A stretch of 64,000 nt of DNA from an uncultured virus (IMG/VR IMGVR_UViG_3300028886_000092) (taxonomy: Duplodnaviria; Heunggongvirae; Uroviricota; Caudoviricetes): the IMG/VR virus record IMGVR_UViG_3300028886_000092. The stretch is one strand, 5' to 3'. The notes beneath the pieces are model-generated. The model ran no database searches, was not told the DNA's origin, and saw only the letters and a program-made list of their open reading frames with translations. A program made the translations under genes and the position numbers. Each line of letters opens with the position of its first letter. The first letter of the stretch is position 1. Positions 57,871 through 64,000 of the stretch are shown here, piece after piece.

Positions 57871-60800
57871 CTATTCGTCCACTTCGACTATGTCGCCCCT
57901 GAAGGCGAGACGCGCCCCGAAGCCCGTGCTCGAGTACGAAGAAGCGTAGTACGTGTTCGTACAGGCGAGACCGCCGCCAGCGACCGCGTAGTAGTACGCA
58001 CGACCGACAACACGGCCGGTTGAGCCGTTAATAGAGCCATAGCAGCAATAGTGCGTAATGAACCTGCTATTGTCTGATGGGTCGAGTTTGCTCGGAGTGG
58101 TGTCGCAGAATCTTCCATGCTTAACTCTTGCCACATTGTAGCCGGTCAATGCGCTTGGCGCAGGAACAACACGCTCTGTGTCACTTATCGGGTCGTAAAT
58201 GCGGAAATTGTAATCTACAACGTCGGCAGATGATGCGTTGCAGGAATTTTTCACAAAGTTCTTCCACGACTTGACATTGAAAGCTATGTTGCCCTTCCAC
58301 TCGTAGTTACATGCCACGATACCTTCAAGTCCGACGGCTTTGTTTACACCGCTTGCCTTGCTTGTATGCGATTTGCCGATAGCATCCGTGGAACCTGTGG
58401 TATAACCTGAACTTGTACCCTGTCCGATAACGTCTTGATCGTGACGGTTGCCAATGAGTGCCCAGAATATTTGAGCTACGATAATATCCTGCTCATGGTC
58501 CATAAGCTGATAACCAGGTCCGCGCATCTCTGCCACGTTCATAAAGTCTTTGCAGGTGTAGTGAAGACCACTCGGCAGTACGGAGTTCGTAACCTTGCCG
58601 TTGGCATCATACGTCCACTCTGGAGAGGTGGCAGAGGTACCGTCGCCTCGCCTTGTCACAACACCGCTGATAGAACGTGCACGGCCAATGTTATCCACAT
58701 ACATTCCATAGACTCCCATAAGTTCGTTATCCTTATGCTCTACCCAGTCGGGTTCTATTGCCTCTATCTCTGTGCTGTCAGTGGCAATAACCTCTGTATC
58801 GAGGCTTACTGTCTGATAGCAGCAGAAATAACACTTGACAGAACCTGCAGGAACGTCTGTAAAGACATAGTCGCCATCAACGAAGTCGAACAGTGAGTGA
58901 CTTATAGACATATTGAACTTGCCGGTCACTCTATCCTCGTCATCAACAAACACTGCCCCATATCCTGATATGTTCAAGCCGGGGAAACGTATCTGTTTCA
59001 TGCCTGTAACATCAAAGGCAAATGACATGAGGTTGCTCACTACTTGCAGATTTGCATCCGTGAAGATACCTCCTATTGTCACGTTGTTCAGATTTACGCC
59101 CATGTTGGCAAATGGTGACAATCGCCCAAGTATGCTACGGCTATACTCGCCGCTTGCTTCTGGCCTGCTCTCCAAAGAGGACAGGAAGGTGTACTTCAAC
59201 TGATTCTTGAAGTCGTTCACACCCTTGTACCAGAAGTGGCCAGGTCTCATCATAACATCATAACCCTCTCCCAAGCGGTCCGACGGGTCAAATTCGCTAC
59301 CGTCAGCATACTGGAGGTATGTGGCATCGCTGAGCTGCCTAACTTCCATCTTACCAGTCTGCTCGTTGAATTTGGCACGTACGGCGTGCATATTGTTCCA
59401 GATGTTCAGAATGTGAGCACTTGGAGTATAGACTGCACCTGTACCGTAGCCAGTGTTGTTGTCGAGGTTCGTGATGTTCTGAGGGTCTTGCTCGGTATCA
59501 TGGAAGCGAATGGCGGTGTACTGAACATTCTTAACCAACAGACCTTCAAAGGCGGCGTTGTATGCCTCTACCTCTTCATCCTCATAGTATCTTGTAAGAT
59601 TGTAGGTACCGATGAGAACAGGCTTGGGGCTTACATTACCTACGGCATCATATCCTCCGAGGTTCATTCCCATAATGGTTGTAAGGTCTGTTCCGGTACC
59701 GCTGGCCTTTACTGTCTTGATACGCACATTCCTCAACTGACTGTTGCCGGTGATGAGGCTCCGAAGCAATTCCATACCGTCTATCTTATCGCACTCCTCA
59801 AAGATAAATGATGTTACGTTGGCAGCGTTGGCAAGTATCAGTCCCTCACTGGTTAGATTGGGCAGATAGCGAAGCTTCAGATAGTTGTAGCTTGCAGGCA
59901 ACTGCAAATAAGTTATCTTGGCTCCGTCTGCTATGTCTGCACGTACCAACTGACTGCCTGCCGCATACAGAGACTCCAATCGTGGGCAGCTGCTACATAC
60001 AACATTGGTGATGAGGGTGTCCCTGATGTCGAGTTTCTTCAAGAACGGCAACTCTCCAAGGTTGAGGTTTGTCAGCAGGGTGTATGCTCCGATGGTGAGG
60101 TTGACCTTGCCTACCTTACCGATGTAGATTTCCTCAGCCAGTGTCATGACAGAGAAGTCGAAGTTGTTCGACAATGTGATTTCCGAGAGGTCTATCATAG
60201 ACATACGGTCTGCCTGATAGATGTACAGCAATGCACCCTCTTCATGCGAGAAGTTGGTAAAGACATGGGTATCTCCAGCCTCCAGATAGACGCTCTCAGA
60301 GATTGAGCCGCTACTATCGTTACCGATACCGAAATAACCTGTCTTAGCTGCCTTGATCGTAATTGTGGCACCATCGGGAGCATTAACACGTCCAGACAAC
60401 ACTCCGCTGAAGAAATTGCCGGTTCCGTAGAATCCGTCACGGATTCTCCATCTTCTTTCTATGAATGCAGGAAGTGAGGTGAGGCCCAATCCTTGCAGGG
60501 CATAGAAGTAGATGTTATTGGCCGTGGTACTCGTAAAGTCTATGTACTTGCGCTCTCCATCGTAGGAAGATACCTTCTTCTGCCAGCGCTTGATGCGTGC
60601 TTCAACGAAGAAATAGTACGCCCCTTCAGGTGAGAATGGCTGCAAGGTCTGACCGTCAACAGTGGCCGTGCAGCTTCGCATGGCTGAGGCTACCGTCCTA
60701 AGCGAGAGTTCGGTACCCTGAGCATCTACATTGACAGTCTGCTGCAAGTAGATGTTACGGAACAGGACTGAGTTGTACCCTGCGTATGGGTTGGTGTAAC

Positions 60801-63800
60801 CCGTCTGAGGGTCGGGCAGCTTGTTCGGGTCAACCTCTGCGTCAACAGTCTGACCACCATCATTGTCCTTGCCGTTGCAGGTATCGCAGTCATAGACCTT
60901 ATTCAGATACATGCGCATTGCGAGCATTCCGGTAGTGGAGTCGCTTGCCTGATTGTCGGCATTGTAGTACACACCGTCCACAACCTTACAGCCATCCTCC
61001 AGGAACCACATGGGCTGCATGTTCTTGGCCCTCTGGTCAACGGCTGCACAATAGTCCGTGAACACGTCGTAAGAGAGGCAGGAGTATGGGGAAGCGTACT
61101 TGTAGAGGTCTGTCTTCCACAGAGCGAGACGCGCTGCGCCGTTGTCGCCGTCCTCATCCTTGTAGGTGTCGTAGTCGCAACTGTCGCAGAACTTCATCCA
61201 ACGGTAGAGGTTGTAGGGAACCTTCTTTCCGAGGGCGTAGGCTATAGCCAGATTATCGTCATCAACCAGGCATTCATAGTAGTACGTCCAGGCAGGAACT
61301 GTCTCTACGGAAATGTCGCCACCGTCGATAAGGGCTTGCACCCACTTCGAGAACGATGTGGAGGGTGCCATCATGTCTGCAACAGACGAAACGCCCTTGA
61401 ACCAGTCCATGCCCTGATAGTTCAGAAGCTCGAAGCCGTCAGTCGGGTTGACAACAGATCCTGTGACAGTCCATTTGCCGTTAGCGTTCTGGACCATCGA
61501 GCCGCTTTGCTCCACCCACTGGCTGCCGTTGTGCTTCATCACCTTGTAGCTGCTGCCGCAATACTGGGTGAGTACATAGGTGGCTTCTGTGTCAAGGCCA
61601 TTAGTAGCAAGGAAACGGGTCTTGGTCTGTGCCAGCGTCTCATTGCTCAGACCGTAAAACTCTATGAAGTCGCCATAGTTCAGACAGCCCTTGTTATATC
61701 CTGGCACATCGTTGAAGCCAAGTGCCACCTGTTCCTTCTTGTCTTCCTTCCAGTTGCCCTTTGAATGGAAATACGGGCTGCTGCCAGTATCGCTCTTTGA
61801 ACGGAACATGGCCACAGGTATATTGGCGGTTGAATGGTTCATTACAAGACCATCCACAACAAGGGTGCCTTTCTTCCAGGTACCATCGAAGGCTCTCTGC
61901 GCAGGGGTCATATAGTTGCGGCCCAAGGCTCTGAAAGTGGCGTTCATCATGTCACAGATGCCGCAGTCATTGGCATTGGAGCTGTCGCTATAGTCCACCT
62001 TCACCGTGATAATATCCACAGGGATGCTGTCATCATGGATCTGTACCTTGTTGATGGCTGCCAGAGCGATTGCCCTGCGTCCTGCCTCAGTGCTGTCATC
62101 GGGGTTCAGCAGCGTGATCGTCGTGCCGCCCGTCTTGTTCACCTTGTCATAGGTTGAACCTTTCTTCTGTGCCAGATAGTAGCGAGGGTTCTTGACAGGG
62201 CGCTGGGCTGACGTGGTGCCCTGGTTCCTTCGTGCAACGTCACGGGCAACAAAGTTGGTCCAGGGACGTGCAGGGTCTATATAGTACAGGGTCACATAGA
62301 TCTGGTCTTTCGTCGATACGGTTCTATCAAGGCCCTCGATGTCGGAGCCGTTGAAAGGACACTCGATGATGTAGGCCATACCCCTGTCTGCCAGCTCTGA
62401 TGCCTGAGGGCGCAGTTTCGTGGTCTGTATGCCAAGTTCCGTGACAGCCTGTGAAGCCATCACACCCTCGAAGTCGTACTCAGTCACCATGTCACCGGTG
62501 TCGGTCAGCTTCACAAGGTAGTTCTGGAAAGCCTGGTCAAACTGGAAGTAGTCTTCCCATGCCATCATATAGAACAGGTAGAAGTCGCCCTGAGTGCCGT
62601 TGAAGGTGATGTTCTGCTCCTGGATCAGATTGCTCTGTCCTGCCACATAGCCGATGACGGCCACTTCTTCACCGTTCAGATAGAGCTTGATGAAGTAGTA
62701 GGTGGTACCACTACGGGTCTGTCCCAAGCCTTCTGCCGCAGGTTCAACCACGACGGCAACAGTCACCTTCTCACCCTGTCTGTAGGCGCGTTCCTCAACA
62801 TGGTTGGAAAGACCTGTTGAACAGTAGATGCCTACTGCCTTACCTGTGACATAGAAGCCTGCACCTACACCCTCATGATAGCATTGCATCAGAACAGCAT
62901 TGTCATCAACCAGGTTCTTTGAGGCAAAGGCAAACTGGATGGCAAGACCGTTGGCCTCTATCGATGTGGGCTTGAAAGGCTGGTGGTTCAGGACGGCTGT
63001 CACGTCCTCTGCAATTCTAAGGCACTTCTCGCCCAGGAACGTGCGGAAGCCGGTAGTGCTCCAGTTCGAGCCGCTGACGGCTATCGTCTTGCCGCCGCTG
63101 GTGATGGTGTGGTCGCTCTCTTCATTGCTGCGGTTCGAGAAGTCGAAGGCATAGATGGCACCGCTCTTCAATGCGGCATCAATCACCGTGCCGCTCACAA
63201 GGAACGTCGCTTCTGTGCCGTATGCAGCGCCCACGCCCACCTTCACGATATGCGAGAAGGTGCCGTCACTCACTACGCCTGTCACCTGATGGGTATAGGT
63301 GTATGAGGTTGAGCGGTAGGCCGTATGGCTCTGAACAGCGTTGCCATCCAGATAGACGGTGGCTGTCGGTGCATTGTTCGTCGGGTCATAGACGGCATAG
63401 TTCACGGTGATGGTCTCATAGAGCTTCACCGCTGCATTGGCTGTCTCGCAAGTCCAGCTCTCCACCACAAGGGGCGTTGTGCTGCTCTCATCTATCACGA
63501 AGATGCCTGAGTACAGGTAGTTACCCACAACACCCGATGCCACGTCCACGCCATGAACGCGGATGGGATAGGCACCATGTGACAATACTGAGCCAAGGCA
63601 GTTCGTCGGGTCAATGGTGATGCCGTGCGAATAGGTGTCTGATATGACACTGCTGCCAAGCTGCTGCCAGCTGCCGTTAAGATATATCTCAGTGATGGCC
63701 GTGATGCCTCGGTCACTCGCATTGTTCGCAAACTTATACAGGGGGATGCTCTTGGCACCGCCGCCAACTGTCAGGGCAGTGCTCTGGGTGTATTGCAGCG

Positions 63801-64000
63801 TCTGCACGCTCGACACCGTCACGTCAACAGCAGTCACGTTGATATTGCGTGAGCCGGTATTGCCGCCATCGTCTGTAATCAGGCAGCGGAAACGGCGCAC
63901 ACCAGCTGCTGCGAAATACTGCGAAACGTCCATCACGAAGTCGTAGGTGCTCAGCGAAACAGATGAGGCCTTATTGAAGAGGAACGTATCAAGCAGCGTG
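57871..64000 (-). CDS. Giant DGR target protein (tail fibre/adhesin with LRR-like region and C-terminal C-type-lectin-like VR domain); 5' end outside the window (allele B)
   Basis: ORF of more than 2021 aa; LRR-like LPFLKKLDIRDT/CPRLESLYA/LPNL repeats; C-terminal NYEW...GARLAF. Confidence 0.9.
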   Translation of the reverse strand, partial: TLLDTFLFNKASSVSLSTYDFVMDVSQYFAAAGVRRFRCLITDDGGNTGSRNINVTAVDVTVSSVQTLQYTQSTALTVGGGAKSIPLYKFANNASDRGITAITEIYLNGSWQQLGSSVISDTYSHGITIDPTNCLGSVLSHGAYPIRVHGVDVASGVVGNYLYSGIFVIDESSTTPLVVESWTCETANAAVKLYETITVNYAVYDPTNNAPTATVYLDGNAVQSHTAYRSTSYTYTHQVTGVVSDGTFSHIVKVGVGAAYGTEATFLVSGTVIDAALKSGAIYAFDFSNRSNEESDHTITSGGKTIAVSGSNWSTTGFRTFLGEKCLRIAEDVTAVLNHQPFKPTSIEANGLAIQFAFASKNLVDDNAVLMQCYHEGVGAGFYVTGKAVGIYCSTGLSNHVEERAYRQGEKVTVAVVVEPAAEGLGQTRSGTTYYFIKLYLNGEEVAVIGYVAGQSNLIQEQNITFNGTQGDFYLFYMMAWEDYFQFDQAFQNYLVKLTDTGDMVTEYDFEGVMASQAVTELGIQTTKLRPQASELADRGMAYIIECPFNGSDIEGLDRTVSTKDQIYVTLYYIDPARPWTNFVARDVARRNQGTTSAQRPVKNPRYYLAQKKGSTYDKVNKTGGTTITLLNPDDSTEAGRRAIALAAINKVQIHDDSIPVDIITVKVDYSDSSNANDCGICDMMNATFRALGRNYMTPAQRAFDGTWKKGTLVVDGLVMNHSTANIPVAMFRSKSDTGSSPYFHSKGNWKEDKKEQVALGFNDVPGYNKGCLNYGDFIEFYGLSNETLAQTKTRFLATNGLDTEATYVLTQYCGSSYKVMKHNGSQWVEQSGSMVQNANGKWTVTGSVVNPTDGFELLNYQGMDWFKGVSSVADMMAPSTSFSKWVQALIDGGDISVETVPAWTYYYECLVDDDNLAIAYALGKKVPYNLYRWMKFCDSCDYDTYKDEDGDNGAARLALWKTDLYKYASPYSCLSYDVFTDYCAAVDQRAKNMQPMWFLEDGCKVVDGVYYNADNQASDSTTGMLAMRMYLNKVYDCDTCNGKDNDGGQTVDAEVDPNKLPDPQTGYTNPYAGYNSVLFRNIYLQQTVNVDAQGTELSLRTVASAMRSCTATVDGQTLQPFSPEGAYYFFVEARIKRWQKKVSSYDGERKYIDFTSTTANNIYFYALQGLGLTSLPAFIERRWRIRDGFYGTGNFFSGVLSGRVNAPDGATITIKAAKTGYFGIGNDSSGSISESVYLEAGDTHVFTNFSHEEGALLYIYQADRMSMIDLSEITLSNNFDFSVMTLAEEIYIGKVGKVNLTIGAYTLLTNLNLGELPFLKKLDIRDTLITNVVCSSCPRLESLYAAGSQLVRADIADGAKITYLQLPASYNYLKLRYLPNLTSEGLILANAANVTSFIFEECDKIDGMELLRSLITGNSQLRNVRIKTVKASGTGTDLTTIMGMNLGGYDAVGNVSPKPVLIGTYNLTRYYEDEEVEAYNAAFEGLLVKNVQYTAIRFHDTEQDPQNITNLDNNTGYGTGAVYTPSAHILNIWNNMHAVRAKFNEQTGKMEVRQLSDATYLQYADGSEFDPSDRLGEGYDVMMRPGHFWYKGVNDFKNQLKYTFLSSLESRPEASGEYSRSILGRLSPFANMGVNLNNVTIGGIFTDANLQVVSNLMSFAFDVTGMKQIRFPGLNISGYGAVFVDDEDRVTGKFNMSISHSLFDFVDGDYVFTDVPAGSVKCYFCCYQTVSLDTEVIATDSTEIEAIEPDWVEHKDNELMGVYGMYVDNIGRARSISGVVTRRGDGTSATSPEWTYDANGKVTNSVLPSGLHYTCKDFMNVAEMRGPGYQLMDHEQDIIVAQIFWALIGNRHDQDVIGQGTSSGYTTGSTDAIGKSHTSKASGVNKAVGLEGIVACNYEWKGNIAFNVKSWKNFVKNSCNASSADVVDYNFRIYDPISDTERVVPAPSALTGYNVARVKHGRFCDTTPSKLDPSDNSRFITHYCCYGSINGSTGRVVGRAYYYAVAGGGLACTNTYYASSYSSTGFGARLAFRGDIVEVDE
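57907..58020 (-). repeat. DGR variable repeat (VR)
   Basis: 18 substitutions versus TR, all at TR adenines; encodes TGRVVGRAYYYAVAGGGLACTNTYYASSYSSTGFGARL. Confidence 0.95.
61326..61452 (+). repeat. Exact 127-bp copy of window bases 1-127
   Basis: Base-by-base identity ends at position 127/61452. Confidence 0.95.

Larger units (their letters stand above)
1..61325. mobile_element. Complete temperate phage genome (circular/excised form), Bacteroidota host, DGR-bearing
   Basis: Terminase, portal, protease, capsid, tail, lysis, integrase, repressor and replication modules with no host genes; 1-127 is identical to 61326-61452, closing a 61,325-bp circle. Confidence 0.9.

Overview
The window holds essentially one complete temperate, tailed (HK97-fold, probably long non-contractile tail) phage of a Bacteroidota host, inferred from TAnnTTTG promoters and Bacteroides/Prevotella-type genes. 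No host genes flank it. Bases 1-127 are identical to 61326-61452, so the phage closes into a 61,325-bp circle, and 61453-64000 is a second, diverged allele of the same giant tail gene. Almost all genes are on the minus strand: tail, head and packaging (1-27.1 kb), DNA modification, replication and recombination (27-49 kb), and the lysis genes. Repressor, a membrane protein and integrase (50.7-53.3 kb) are on the plus strand. A complete diversity-generating retroelement (DGR) is present: RT 56104-57447, TR 57589-57702 and VR 57907-58020, with 18 differences all at TR adenines. It has no avd gene, and its RT carries an extra ~108-aa C-terminal domain. The most unusual signal is an inferred RNA-level lysis/lysogeny circuit. 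A ~78-nt sRNA with its own promoter and terminator at the 3' end of int is complementary to the translation-start regions of 4-5 lytic genes. The cro-less early lytic leader displays a loop complementary to the repressor start codon and carries tRNA-like elements. Two classes of phage promoter with exactly conserved spacing were also found. Products were assigned by eye from motifs and synteny, with no database searches.
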